A DNA stretch of 64,000 nt from the NCBI GenBank assembly GCA_963731055.1, contig CAVSUD010000009.1, positions 196,428 to 260,427 on the forward strand, written 5' to 3'. The position numbers were made by a program, and so were the translations under genes. The notes below the pieces were generated by a model. That model saw nothing but the letters and a program-made list of their open reading frames with translations, had not been told where the DNA came from and did no database searches. The DNA comes from an uncultured Actinomycetes bacterium. GTDB taxonomy: Bacteria; Actinomycetota; Acidimicrobiia; Acidimicrobiales; CADCTF01. How positions within the stretch are numbered: position 1 is the first letter of the stretch; the number at the start of each line of letters is the position of its first letter. Of this stretch, positions 8,346 through 21,847 are shown piece by piece.

Positions 8346-11300
8346 GTGTTCCTGAAGTCGCTGACCCTCAAGGGGTTCAAGTCGTTCGCCGACGCCACGA
8401 CCCTCGAGATGGAGCCCGGGGTCACCGTCGTGGTCGGGCCGAACGGGAGCGGGAAGTCGAACGTCGTCGACGCCGTCGGCTGGGTGCTCGGCGCCCAGGC
8501 GCCCGCAGCGCGGTCCGCGGTCCCAGAAGATGGACGACGTCATCTTCGCCGGGACGCCAAGAAGCGCCCGGCGCTCGGCCGGGCCGAGGTCTCGCTGACC
8601 ATCGACAACACCGACGGGATGCTGCCGATCGAGTTCACCGAGGTGACCATCACCCGGACGCTGTTCCGCAGCGGCGACAGCGAGTACGCGATCAACGGCG
8701 TGCCCTGCCGGCTGCTCGACATCCAGGAGCTGCTCGAGCGACTCCGGCGTCGGCCGCCAGCAGCACGTGATCATCAGCCAGGGCCAGATCGACGCGGTGC
8801 TCAACGCCCGCCCCGAGGACCGCCGGCGCGTCATCGAGGAGGCCGCCGGGGTCCTCAAGTTCCGCAAGCGCCGGGAGAAGGTCGAGCGTCGGCTGGAGGC
8901 CACCGAGGCGAACCTCCTGCGCCTCCAGGACCTGCTCCGCGAGGTCCGGCGCCAGCTGCGCCCGCTCGAGCGCCAGGCCGACGCCGCCCGCCGCCACGGC
9001 GCCGTCGTCGGCCGAGCTCACCGCGCTGCGCCTCCACCTCGCCGGCCGGGAGCTCGCGCCGCCTGCGGCGCACGCGCCGAGCACGCCGGCGCGGCCGCAG
9101 GGCCGAGCTGGCCGACCGCGGAGCACGACGCTCAAGGCCGCGCTCGGCGCACGCTCGACGCCGACGTGCTGGCCGCCGAGGCCGCGCTCTCAGCGCCATG
9201 GGCGGCGAGCGACCTCGGCGACGACCTGGTGCGCTTCGAGTCGCTGCGGGAGCGGGCCCGAGGCCTGTCCGCCGTGCTGGCCGAGCGCCGGCGCGGGATC
9301 GAACGCGATCGGGCCGCGTTCGTCGACCAGGCCGTCATCGCCAGCCTCGAGGCCGACGTCGCCCGCCTGCGCGACGAGCTGGCGGACGTGGAGGCCGACG
9401 CCGAGGCCCTCGTGCCCGCGTGCCGACGAGCTGGCCGAGGCCGAGGCGGCCCTGGGTGCGCCCGAGCCGGCGTTCGACCGAGGCCTGGGGCGACGGCGTG
9501 CCGTCGCGGCCGGCGACGGGACGCGGCCGAGGTGCGGGGCGAGCTGGTCGCCCTGCGGGGCAGCGCCGATCGGGGCGCCGGTCGAGGTGCAGCGGCTCGA
9601 GCGCCCGGGTGGCCAACCTGGATGGAGAAGGCGGCCCGGCTCGCCGGCGAGGCCGAGCCGCCTCGAGGACGAGATCGCCACGGCCGAGGAGGCGACCGAG
9701 CCGCTCGGTCGGGCCGTCGAGCAGGCCGTCGAACGTCGGGTCCTCGCCGAGCGTCGGCAGGCGGAGACGGAGGATCAGCTCAGGGTCGACGAAGGCGAGT
9801 TCCACTCCTGGACGGCTCGGGCCGAGGCGCTGGCTCTGGCCCTCGACGAGGCCCGCGCCCGGGCCGGGGCCGAGCGGCTGGCCGACGTCGACGGCGTCGT
9901 CGGCACCCTGCTCGACCTGGTCGAGGTCGACGACGGCTGGGCGCCCGCCTTCGAAGCCGCCGCCGGCGAAGCGATCGCCGCGGTGGTCGTGGACGGCGTC
10001 GACGCGGCCCGTCGCGCGCGCTCGACCACCTCCAGCGCCGGCGACGCGGCCGGAGCCGTGCTCGCCCTCGGGGCGGCCAGCCCCGCCGTCAGCCTGCCCT
10101 TCGAGGCGATGGCCGCCGGCGCACCGGTGCGCGACCACGTGCGTTCGCGCCACCCCGATGTCGAGCAGCTGCTCGACGTGCTCCTCGCCGGCGGCCGTCG
10201 CCGTCGACGGACCGTGGACCGACGCCCTCGACCTCGCGCTCGACCAGCCCGGGCTCGTCGTCGTCACCCGCGCCGGCGATCGCTTCGCCGCCGGCGGCTG
10301 GCGCGTCGGCGCCAGCGGGAGCGGTGCGACCGGCGCCGCCCTCGACGAGGCACGCGCCGCGGCCGAAACGGCCCAGCCGGCCATGCTGGCGGCCACCGAG
10401 CGGCGGAACGGGGCCCGGGCCGAGACGGGTCGCGGCCGCGCACGGCGGAGGCCCAGGTGGTCAAGGCCGTCGACGAGAACGGCACCCGACGCACGGCCGC
10501 CGCCGACGCCCTCCGACGCGTCGCAGGCCGAGGCCCGCGACGCGGTGACCGAGGCCGACACGCTGCGAGCCCACCTGGCCGAGCTGGGGGAGCGGGTCGC
10601 GCGCGAGCAGCAGCGGGTGGCGGAGCTCGAGGCGGCGCTGCCCGCCCTCGAGGCCGAGGAGGCCGAGGGGGCCCGGAAGCTGTCGGCCATGCAGGAGGCC
10701 CGCGCCGGGCTCGACGAGCGGGCCGCCGCCGTCGCCGCCCTCCGCACCGACCTCGAGGTGCGGGCGGCGGGCATCGAGGAGCGCCGCACGTTCCTCAGCC
10801 GGCGCCTCGCCGAGGTCGACGAGCGCCTTCGCCGCAACGTGGACAAGCGCGACGAGGCCGAGCGGGGCCGCACGGCGCTCGAGCTGCGGGCCACCGCGAC
10901 CCACCGGCTCTGGAAGGTCGTCGACGACCGCCTGGCCGTCGTCGAGCACGAGCTCAAGGGGCTTCGTGAGGAGCGCCGCCGCCAGTCCGAGCAGGCGCGA
11001 GCCGTCACCGCCCGCCTCGACGGGCTCCGCCGTCAGCGGCAAGGGGCCGAACGCCAGCTCGGCGAGCTGCGCGAGCGGATGCAGCGAAACGAGCTCGAGG
11101 AGGCCGAGGTCAGGATCCGGTTGGAGCAGGCCACGGAGGCCCTGCGCCAGGACTTCGACCAGGAGCCCGAGACGGCCATGAAAGCGGAGTGCCCGCCGCT
11201 GCCCGACGGCACGACCGCCGCGGCCCGGGTCCGCGAGCTCGAGCGCGAGCTCCGCCTCATGGGGCCGATCAACCCGCTCGCGCTCGAGGAGTTCACCCAG

Positions 11301-11857
11301 CTGCAGGAGCGGCACGGCTTCCTCGAGGGGCAGCTCGAGGACGTGAAGACGACGCCGGCGGGACCTGTCCAAGGTGATCAAGGCGATCGACAGCGAGATC
11401 GTCGAGGTCTTCGCCGCCGCCTACGCCGACGTGGCCGAGAACTTCACGACGCTGTTCGAGATGCTCTTCCCCGGCGGCAGCGGCCGCCTGAAGCTCACCG
11501 ACCCCGACAACCTGCTCGAGACCGGCATCGAGGTCGAGGCCCGTCCGTCGGGCAAGAACGTCCGTAAGCTCTCGCTGCTCTCCGGCGGCGAGCGCTCGCT
11601 GACGGCGCTGGCGTTCCTCTTCGCCGTGTTCCGCAGCCGCCCCTCGCCCTTCTACCTGATGGACGAGGTCGAGGCCGCCCTCGACGACGTCAACCTCCAC
11701 CGGTTCCTCGACCTGGTCGAGGAGTTCCGGCGGGAGGCGCAGCTCGTCATCGTCAGCCACCAGAAGCGCACGATGGAGGCGGCCGACTGCCTCTACGGCG
11801 TGACCATGCAGCCCGGCGGGTCGAGTCGCGTCGATCAGCGAGAAGATCTCGGCGTAG
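8346..11857 (+). CDS. smc: chromosome segregation protein SMC (>=10 frameshifts as assembled)
   Basis: Walker [10 protein letters not shown] (ORF 8346..). Coiled-coil and hinge fragments occur in all three frames (ORFs 8767.., 9587.., 8346..). Signature [18 protein letters not shown] and Walker [13 protein letters not shown] are in ORF 11374... The natural end ...RVISEKISA-TAG (11855-11857) needs a 1-nt shift near 11832; without it the ORF reads through into the next gene. Confidence 0.9.
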
Positions 11858-11883
11858 CCGCCCGGACTCCTACACTTCCGGCC

Positions 11884-14060
11884 ATGAGGCGGAGTCGGCG
11901 GGTGGTCGGGATCGTGGCGGCGGCAGTGGCGGCGGCGAGCGCATCGCCGGCTGGAGCGGCCCACTGGCCGCAGTTCGGCGGCGACGCCGGCCGGTCGGGC
12001 GCGCAGCCCGTGCAGCAGAGCGGCGGAGCGATCACGTTCCTGTACTCCAAGACCGGCCTCGCCGACCGCGACGTCCGCACCTCGATCGTCACGACGGGCG
12101 GCCCGCGGGCGGCGCAACGCCTCGCCTACGGCTCCGAGGACGGCGTCGTCATCCTGCGCGTCCTCGTCAGCGGCGCCCCCGTCGGACCTCCCGGGGGCAT
12201 CGACCTCAGCGCCGACCCGTTCCCGTTCGGGAGTTCGGGCAGCTCGAGCTTCGTCAGCTCGTCCGGCGAGGAGAACCTGGGGCAGCTCTACTCCATCCAC
12301 AACGAGCTCTACGCCGGCGGCGTGTTCGGCCTCGAGCTGGCCCAGATCGACGAGACCACCGGCAACCGCTCCCGGGACGACCTCGCTCTGCCCGGCACCG
12401 ACGGGTACCGGATCCAGAGCTCGCCGCTGCTGACGCCCGACGACGGCAGCGGCGTCCGCAACCTGTTCTTCGTGGCCGTCCAGCGGGACGGGACGAACCA
12501 GCGCCTGTTCAAGGTGCCGATCACCAACGCCGGGTCGCCTTCCGCGAGCATCGGGGCGATCGTGGCCGGCCCGGACGCCAACGCCAACGCCGACGCCAGC
12601 CCGACCCTCGTCTACCTCCGCAACGCCGCCGGCACGCCGATGCCCTACATCGCCGTGTCCACCGACAGCGGGGTCGTCACCTTCGCGGCCGGCGACCTGA
12701 GCGCCGGGCCGGCCAGCATCGACGTCGGCGAGCCGGTGCGGACGCCGTCGGTGCCGGTCACCGCCAGCGGGGCGACCCCGGGTGCGCCCGGCAGCGGCGT
12801 CGCCACCGCCCCGGCCTTCTTCGCGGCCAGCAGCGGGCCGGCCAACACGACGCGGCTGCACCGCTTCGCGCAGGCCGGGAACAGCCAGGTGCTGACCCGG
12901 ATCTCGAGCTCGCCCGTCACGGGCACCGCGTCGAGCGGCCTCGCCCTGTCGACCGACGGTCAGCGGGCCGCCGTCGCCACCTCGAACAACCTCTACGGGT
13001 TCCGGACCGCCGACGTCTCCCTGGTCGCGAAGTTCAACGTCACGGACGACCTCGCGGCCGAGTCCACCGGGTTCAGCCGCACGGTGCCCGTGACCACCGG
13101 CGCCGTCGTGATCGCGGTGACCGACGGCGGGCGCCAACTGGCGCTGCAGCAGGATTCGCTCCAGCCCGTCGGCGACGGTCTGTTCACGCCCCCGCCGTCC
13201 GCGCTCGGGTCGGGGGCCTCCTTCGGCCAGCCGGCCATCAGCCGGGGCTTCCTCCAGCTCGCCACCGACCGGGGCCTGTTCGTCTACAGCCAGCCCCTCC
13301 CGCCGTCCGGGTACTGGCTGGCGGCGAGCGACGGCGGCATCTTCACGTACGGCAACGCCGAGTTCTTCGGCTCGACCGGCGACATCAAGCTGAACAAGCC
13401 GATCGTGACCATGGCGCCGACGCCCTCGCGCAACGGGTATTGGCTGGCGGCCACCGACGGCGGCATCTTCACCTTCGGCGACGCCGGGTTCTTCGGCTCG
13501 ACCGGCAGCCTGGCCCTCAACCGGCCGATCGTCGGCATGGCGCCGACCCGCAGCGGCCAGGGCTACTGGCTCGTCGCCTCCGACGGCGGCGTCTTCACCT
13601 TCGGCGACGCCACGTTCTTCGGCTCGACGGCGACATCAAGCTGAACCAGCCGATCGTCGGCATGGCCGCCACGCCCACCGGCGAGGGCTACTGGCTCGTG
13701 GCGTCCGACGGCGGCATCTTCACCTTCGGCGACGCCGAGTTCCACGGCTCGACCGGCGACATCAAGCTGAACAAGCCGATCGTCGGGATGGCGCCCGTGC
13801 CCGCCGGCGGCGGCTACTGGCTCGTCGCCTCCGACGGCGGCGTGTTCGCCTTCGGCGCCGCCGCGTTCTTCGGCTCCACCGGCGACCTCTCCCTGAACTC
13901 GCCGATCGTGGCCATCACCCCCAGCGCCACCGGGCAGGGCTACCTGTTCACGGCCGCCGACGGCGGGGTCTTCGCCTTCGGGGACGCGCCGTTCCTCGGT
14001 TCGGCGGCCGAGCTCGGGCCGCTCAACCGGCCCGTGGTGACGGTGGCGGCCAAGCCGTAG
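11884..14060 (+). CDS. secreted repeat protein: putative beta-propeller N-domain plus six 41-aa [10 protein letters not shown] repeats (1 frameshift near 13625)
   Basis: ATG 11884; signal peptide [38 protein letters not shown] resembles the start of PQQ-like propeller proteins. The C-terminus has 6 tandem copies of [39 protein letters not shown]. ORFs 11374..13644 and 13440..14060. Confidence 0.6.
13308..14057 (+). repeat. six in-frame 123-bp (41-aa) tandem repeats
   Basis: Repeat starts read [85 protein letters not shown] and [17 protein letters not shown]. Confidence 0.85.
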
Positions 14061-14092
14061 CGCTGCACCCCGGGCCCTAGAGTCCGGGGCAC

Positions 14093-15311
14093 ATGGAGCC
14101 GATCCTTCTCGTTCTCATCCTGGCCGTCGTCGTCCTCGCGGGCGGCGGGTTCGCCATCTCCGCCCGGCGCCGCCGCGGCATCGAGCTCGAGCCGCCGCCC
14201 CGCGACCGCACCCGTCCGGTCACGCCTCGTCCGGCCGCCACCGGCACGCTCGAGGCACCCGCCACCCCGACGTCCGCCGACGCGCCCCCCGACGAGACGG
14301 TCGTCGACGATGACCTGCGCCGCCAGGTCGACGAGGCGCTCGCCGAGCCCGAGCCCGAGCCGGAGATCGAGCTCGAGCCCGAGATCGAGATCGTCCCACC
14401 GCCGGTCAAGCCCCGTTTCCGGGATCGCCTCGGCAAGGCCCGCAGCCTCCTCTCCACCTACTTCGGCAGCGTCCTGTCCCGGACGGCCATCGACCAGGAG
14501 ACGTGGGACGAGCTCGAAGAGGCGCTCATCCGGGCCGACGTCGGCGCCGGCCTCACGAGTGAGCTGCTCGACGACCTGAGCGCCCGGGTCAAGGCCCAGC
14601 GGCATCACCAACTCCGCCGAGCTGGTGGACGCCCTGAAGGCCGACCTCAAGGCCGTCCTCGACGAGGGTGACCGGAGCCTCAGGATCGAGCCGGGCGGGC
14701 CGAACGTGTGGCTCTTCGTCGGCGTCAACGGCGTGGGCAAGACCACGACCATCGGCAAGCTCGGCCAAGCGCGAGCGCGACAACGGGCGCAAGCGTGGTG
14801 ATGGCCGCCGGCGACACGTTCCGGGCCGCGGCGGCCGAGCAGCTCGAGCTCTGGGCCGAGCGGGCCGGCGCCGACATCGTGCGCGGCGCCGAGGGCGCCG
14901 ACCCGGGCTCGGTCGATCTTCGACGCCATCGAACGCGGCCGCGGCCCGCGGCACCGACCTCGTGCTGGCCGACACCGCCGGGCGCCTCCACACCAAGGTC
15001 AACCTGATGGAGGAGCTGAAGAAGGTCCGCCGAGTGGCGCCGAACGGCCGCCGGCGCAGCTCACCGAGGTGCTCCTCGTGCTCGACGCCACGACCGGCCA
15101 GAACGGCCTCGTCCAGGCCAAGCAGTTCACCGAGGCGGTCGAGCGTCACCGGCATCGTGCTGACCAAGCTCGACGGCACGGCCAAGGGCGGCATCGCCCT
15201 CGCCATCCGACCGAGCTCGGCATCCCCATCAAGCTCGTCGGCCTCGGCGAGACGGCCGAAGACCTCATCGACTTCGACCCCGAGGAGTTCGTGGACGCGC
15301 TGTTTTCTTAG
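14093..15311 (+). CDS. ftsY: signal recognition particle receptor FtsY (>=7 frameshifts as assembled)
   Basis: N-terminal TM helix and acidic region (ORF 14093..). Then [93 protein letters not shown] and [30 protein letters not shown] alternate among three frames. Confidence 0.9.
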
Positions 15312-15474
15312 TCTCGCTCTGCGGCGGGGCGCCTGCGGCGCGGGGGCCTTGCCGCTCGACGGGCGGAGAGCTCCTGCGTTTCTGGGTGGGCTGGGCGACC
15401 GTATCGGTCGTTCGGGCCGCCCAGACGTCGGCGAGCTCGGGAACCGGCGGGGGGACAGTGACCGTCGTACGGTC

Positions 15475-16933
15475 ATGAACGTGCGACGACGGGTGGGTGC
15501 GGGACTGGTGGCGGTGCTGGTGGCGGCGGGGCTGGCGGCCTGCGGCGACGGGGGAGGGGGGGCGACGGATCGCCGGCGGCCGCCCACTGCTGCCCTCGTC
15601 GTCGACCGGCGGTGGCGGGGGCGGCGCCGAGTCACAGGTGAAGGGCGCGGCGTCGGCCGACGCCAGCGCGATCGCCGAGCCGATGCTGGCGCCCTTGCAG
15701 CCCGTCGAGTACCGGCTGGCCGACGGGGCCAAGGCGCCGGCCAGTTCGGCGCCGGCGTACAAGCTCGTCCCGGGCGGCGACCTCACCTCGAGGCAGGTCG
15801 CCGCCGCGTTGGCCCTGCAGGGAGACGAGGCCGACGGCGTCGAGGTGGAGCAGGGCATCGGCTGGTTCTACGCCGCCGGTGGTCAGGATGGCGTGGTCTC
15901 GTCCTCGAGCGTCGGTTGCGCGGCCTCGACGCCGGCGCCGGTGCGATCGACACCGGAGGACGACGCGTGTGGCGACGTCCCCGAGCCGCAGCCGCCGGCC
16001 GGGGTCCCCACGGCGGCGGAGGCGGAGGCCCGGTTCCGCGAGGTGCTCGACCGGCTCGGGGTCGACGTGACCAAGGGCAAGGTGGAGGGCGACCTCGGCG
16101 GCGACGACTTCGCCCGGTCCGTCCGCTTCACCCCGGAGGTCGACGGGACCCTGGTGCCCGGCCTCGAGACCACGGTCACCTACGGCGGGGAGGGTCGGGT
16201 CGAGTACGCCCAGGGCTTCTCGGGCCGCTTCGAGAAACTGGGGGACTACCCGCTGGTCGCCATGGACGAGGCGTTCCGTCGGTTCCAGGCCGGCCGCGGT
16301 GGGATCGAGCCCATGGTCGGACGGGGCGACGCCGTCGCCGAGGCGGTGCCGGCGGACGTTCCCGCCAAGGCCCCGGCCGCCGACGACGGGCCGACCATGA
16401 CCATCGAGCCGCAGCCGGACCCCCTCCCCGTCCCCCTCGAGCCCCGGATCGTCGAGATCACGGGCGCGGAGCTGACCTTCCAGCTCGTCTACCCGTTCTG
16501 CGAGGGCGGCGACTACTTCCTGGTCCCGGCGTACCGGCTGCGTCCACGGCTGCCGGCCGCCGAAGCCGGCTTCGCGGCCCGGCCGGCGAGGGCTGCTCCA
16601 GGTGACGTCGACCCGGCCATCCCGTCGAGCCGGCGCCTCCCCGACGGCGGGCCGGCAGCGGTCCGCCCGACGACCAGCCGGTCTGCAAGGCCAGCCCGAC
16701 GGCCGGCGAGACTGCGAGCCGGTCGCCCCGCCGCCGATCGCCCCGCCGCCGGTCGCGCCCGCCGCGGATCGTCGTCACCGGTGTGCGCCTCGGGTTCCTC
16801 GTCGCCGGCGGCGACCGTCGGGTCCTTCCTCGTCCCGGCCTACGCCTTGTCCACCGAAACCGACGGCGACCTCCTGGTCCCGCGCCGTCCGGGACGGCGA
16901 CGTGTCCGCCCGCCCACCACGCCGGAGGGGTGA
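15475..16933 (+). CDS. hypothetical lipoprotein (frameshifted)
   Basis: ATG 15475 gives MNVRRRVGAGLVAVLVAAGLAACGDGGG (lipobox LAAC) in the frame of ORF 14668... The body is in ORF 15497..16933. An FLVPAY motif occurs twice (GGDYFLVPAYRL, GSFLVPAYAL). No family recognised. Confidence 0.45.
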
Positions 16934-17087
16934 CCGTCGCCGGCGGCGGGGACGGCGGGCGAGGACGGCGGAGCCCCCGTCTCCTCGCCGAGCCGGCCAC
17001 AAGCGCCCTGACGACCAATCGGGTCGACGGCGTTGCGTGGCGCCGGGTTCCCGACCCGGGCGCCGGCCGGTAGCCTGACCGTCCCGC

Positions 17088-18446
<1,359 letters not shown>

Positions 18447-18515
18447 ACCCCCAGCGCCTCACCGCAGCCGACGAAGCCGCCACGAACTCAACCGACGAAC
18501 GAAGACAGACATTCG

Positions 18516-18808
18516 AATGGCCGTGAAGCTCCGCCTGATGCGGATGGGCAAGACGAAGCAGCCGACCTACCGCGTCGTGGCGGCCGAAGCCGCGTCGCCC
18601 CGCGACGGCCGGTTCATCGAGATCGTCGGGCACCTACCAGCCCCGCCACGAGCCGTCGGCGATCGACATCGACACCGACAAGGCGCGTGAAGTGGCTCCA
18701 GCAGGGCGCCCAGCCGACCGAGCGGGTCGAGAAGCTCCTCAAGATCTCCGGCGCCTGGGCCGAGTTCCAGACGGCCAAGGCCGCCGCCAAGTCGTCGTCC
18801 TCGAAGTG
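18516..18808 (+). CDS. rpsP: 30S ribosomal protein S16 (>=2 frameshifts as assembled)
   Basis: [38 protein letters not shown], then ..[20 protein letters not shown].. in other frames. TGA 18806-18808. Confidence 0.85.
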
Positions 18809-19135
18809 AGCGACGCGCCCGAGGACGACGTCTTCGCCACCGAGATCGAGGTCGAGGAGGAGGACGTCTTCTCCACGGACGAGCCCGCCGTCGACGGTGG
18901 CGCCGCGAGCGCCGTCCTCGAGTTCGTGGCCAAGTCGATCGTCGACGACCCGGACTCGGTCCGGATCGAGACCGAGCGCGACCGCCGCGGCGTCATGCTG
19001 CGCCTCCACGTCGCCCCCGACGACATGGGCAAGGTCATCGGCCGTCGCGGCCGGGTCGCCCAGGCGATCCGCACGCTCGTCCGGGCCACGGCCGCCAAGG
19101 AAGGCGCCGAGGTCAACGTCGACATCGTCGATTGA
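18805..19135 (+). CDS. KH-domain RNA-binding protein (YlqC family)
   Basis: GTG 18805 overlaps the rpsP stop. [50 protein letters not shown] contains the GxxG KH motif. Conserved rpsP-KH-rimM order. Confidence 0.8.
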
Positions 19136-19627
19136 GTGATCCGGCGGTCGACCCGCCGATGTTGGAAGTCGGGCGCATCGCCAAGGCCCACGGGATCAAG
19201 GGTGAGGTCCTCGTCGCGCTGACGGGCGACCGGACGGAGCGGGTCGCCCGAGGCGCCGTGCTCCGCACGAAGGCCGGGCGTGACCTCGTGGTCCGCTCGG
19301 CGACCTCGCACCAGGGGAAGTGGATCGTGGTCCTCGAGGGGGTGTCCACCCGCACCGAGGCCGAGGCGCTCCACGGGCAGGTGCTCTTCGCCGAACCGAT
19401 CGACGACCCCGACGCCCTGTTCGTCCACGACCTCATCGGCTCGACCGTCGTCGACGGCACGACCGGCGACGAGATCGGCACGGTCGAGTCGGTCGAGGCG
19501 AACCCGGCGAGCGACCTGCTCGTCCTGGCCGGCACCGGCGGCGCTGATCCCGGTGCGCTTCGTCCTCGAGCGCGACGCCGCCGGACGGCTCCGCGTCGAA
19601 CTCCCCGAAGGCCTCCTCGACCTCTAG
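19132..19627 (+). CDS. rimM: 16S rRNA processing protein RimM (1 frameshift near 19545)
   Basis: [27 protein letters not shown]..., [34 protein letters not shown]. The C-terminus [27 protein letters not shown] is in ORF 19280..19627. Confidence 0.85.
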
Positions 19628-19641
19628 CGGTCCGCCGCACC

Positions 19642-20390
19642 ATGCGGATCGACGTCGTTCACGATCTTCTCGGGGATGCTCGACGCCTTCTTCGGCGAGA
19701 GCCTGCTCGGGAAGGCGCAGGCGCAAGGGCATCCTCGACCTGCGCACGCACGACCTGCGGGGCACACCCGCGACGTCCACCGCAGCGTCGACGACCTCCC
19801 CTTCGGCGGCGGCGCCGGCATGGTGCTCACGCCCGAGCCGGTCTTCACCGCCGTCGAGGCGGCCGACCCGCCCCGCCCGCTGCTCCTGCTCAGCCCGGGG
19901 GGCCGCCGCTTCGACCAGGCCATGGCCCACGAGTTGGCTGCGGGCACCGGCTTCAGCCTTCTGTGCGGCCGCTACGAGGGCGTCGACCAGCGGGTCGTCG
20001 ACCACCTGTGCGACGGCGAGGTCAGCATCGGCGACTACGTGCTCGGCGGGGGCGAGGTGGCCGCCATGGTCGTCGTCGAGGCCGTGGCCCGCCTGGTGCC
20101 CGGCGTGATGGGCAACGCCGAGTCCGCCGCCGACGAGTCGTTCACGACGGGCTGCTCGAGTACCCGCAGTACACCCGCCCGGCCAGCTTCCGGGGCTGGG
20201 CGGTGCCCGACGTGCTGCGCAGCGGCGACCACGCGCCGGGTCGCCCGGCTGGCGCCGGGCCGCCGCCCTCGACCGCACCATGGCGCGCCGGCCCGACCTG
20301 CTCGAGGCCCGGGGCGGGCTGACCGCCGCCGAGGTGCGGGTGCTGGAGGAGTTCGCGCTACCCTGGGACGTTCCCCGCAGCACCTGCTGA
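19642..20390 (+). CDS. trmD: tRNA (guanine37-N1)-methyltransferase TrmD (>=4 frameshifts as assembled)
   Basis: [121 protein letters not shown]. Confidence 0.9.
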
Positions 20391-20405
20391 GGAGTCCGAC
20401 GCGCC

Positions 20406-20755
20406 ATGAACCCCACCGATCTGGTCGACCGCAGCAGCCTGCGTGACGACGTCCCCGAGTTCGGTCCCGGCGACAACGTCAAGGTCCACGTGCGGGTCGT
20501 CGAGGGCACCGCGAGCGCGTCCAGCTGTTCCAGGGCAACGTGATCCGCCGGCAGGGCAGCGGCGTCCGCGAGACCTTCACCGTCCGCAAGGTCAGCTTCG
20601 GCGTCGGCGTCGAGCGCACGTTCCCGGTGCACACCCCGATCATCCAGAAGATCGAGGTCGTCACCAAGGGCGACGTCCGCCGGGCGAAGCTGTACTACCT
20701 GCGGGATCGCACGGGCAAGGCCGCCAAGATCAAGGAGAAGCGCACCGCCCGTTGA
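20406..20755 (+). CDS. rplS: 50S ribosomal protein L19 (1 frameshift near 20512)
   Basis: ATG 20406 gives [37 protein letters not shown] 20540..20755 then gives [57 protein letters not shown]. Confidence 0.9.
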
Positions 20756-20772
20756 TCACCTGGGAGCCGATC

Positions 20773-21454
20773 GTGGCTCCCTCCGAGGGCGAAGCGGTGC
20801 CGGACGGACTCCCGCCCTTCGCGCCGGCTCGCTCCTCGTCGGCGGCCGGCTTCGCCAAGGAGCTGCCGTCCTGCTGCTGGTGGCCGTCATCGCCGCCTTC
20901 CTGGTCCGGACCTTCGTCTTCCAGGCCTTCTTCATCCCGTCGCCGTCGATGGGCTGCGCCGAGCTGCCCGGTCCACACCCTCGAGATCGACGACAAGGTC
21001 GTCGTGTCGAAGCTCTCGTACCGACTCCACGAGCCGCGGCGCGGTGACGTCGTCGTGTTCGAGTGCCCGCCGGCGGCGAGTTGCGACAACCGGCCCCGCA
21101 GCACCAATCCGGTGTCGCCGGGCGGTGCGCTTCGTCGGCGAACGGGTCGGCGTGGTGCCGCCGTCCACCGAGGAGTACATCAAGCGGGTGGTCGCGCTGC
21201 CCGACGAGACGGTCGAGGGCCGCTCGGGCCAGGTCTACGTGGACGGCCGGCTCCTGGTCGAGCCGTACCTGCCGCCGGCCGTGGTCACCACCGACTTCGG
21301 TCCGGTCATCGTGCCCCCGGGCCAGCTCTGGGTCATGGGCGACAACCGCCAGAACTCCGGTGACAGCCGTGTCTTCGGGCCGATCCCGCAGGACTCGATC
21401 GTGGGCCGCACGATCCTGCGCCTCCTCCCGGTCACCCGCACCGCCTTCTTGTGA
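20773..21454 (+). CDS. lepB: signal peptidase I (>=3 frameshifts as assembled)
   Basis: TM segment ..LLLVAVIAAFLVRTFVFQAFFIPSPSM (catalytic SM), DKVVVSKLSYRLHEPRRGDVVVF, YIKRVVALPDETVE, LWVMGDNRQNSGDSRVFGPIPQDSIVGR (ORFs 20443.., 21044..). Confidence 0.8.
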
Positions 21455-21550
21455 CACACCGTCGCCGTACGATGTCGCCATGAGCGAGCTTGCGAGCGAA
21501 CCATCGATGCCGCGCCGGCTCGCCGGCTCGCCGACGGAGGAGGCGTCCCG

Positions 21551-21846
21551 GTGAGCGCTGAGGACCTCGAGCGGTACGAGACCGAGATCGAGCTGCAGCT
21601 CTACCAGGAGTACAAGGCCGTCCTTCCGCTCTTCAAGTACGTCGTCGAGACCGAGCGGCGCTTCTACCTCGCCAACGAGGTGGACATGGCGCCGCAGAAC
21701 GAGAGCGGTCGGCCGTACTTCGAGCATCACCCTCAAGCGACGCGTGGGTGTGGGACATGTACCGGCCGGCCCGGTTCGTCTCCACCGTCACCGTGGTCAC
21801 CTTCAAGGACGTGAACGTCGAGGAGCTCCCCGAGAAGGAGCTCTGA
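21551..21846 (+). CDS. DUF2469 family protein (1 frameshift)
   Basis: MSAEDLERYETEIELQLYQEYKAVLPLFKYVVETERRFYLANEV, then ..WVWDMYRPARFVSTVTVVTFKDVNVEELPEKEL in another frame. Conserved actinobacterial neighbour of lepB. Confidence 0.7.
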
Positions 21847-21847
21847 C

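Noticed and set aside
9335-13137. Long minus-strand ORFs 9335..11008 (557 aa) and 11293..13137 (614 aa).
   Set aside because: They are antisense to smc and to the secreted propeller gene. The translations are Arg/Gly/Pro-rich with no motifs, so they are shadow ORFs.
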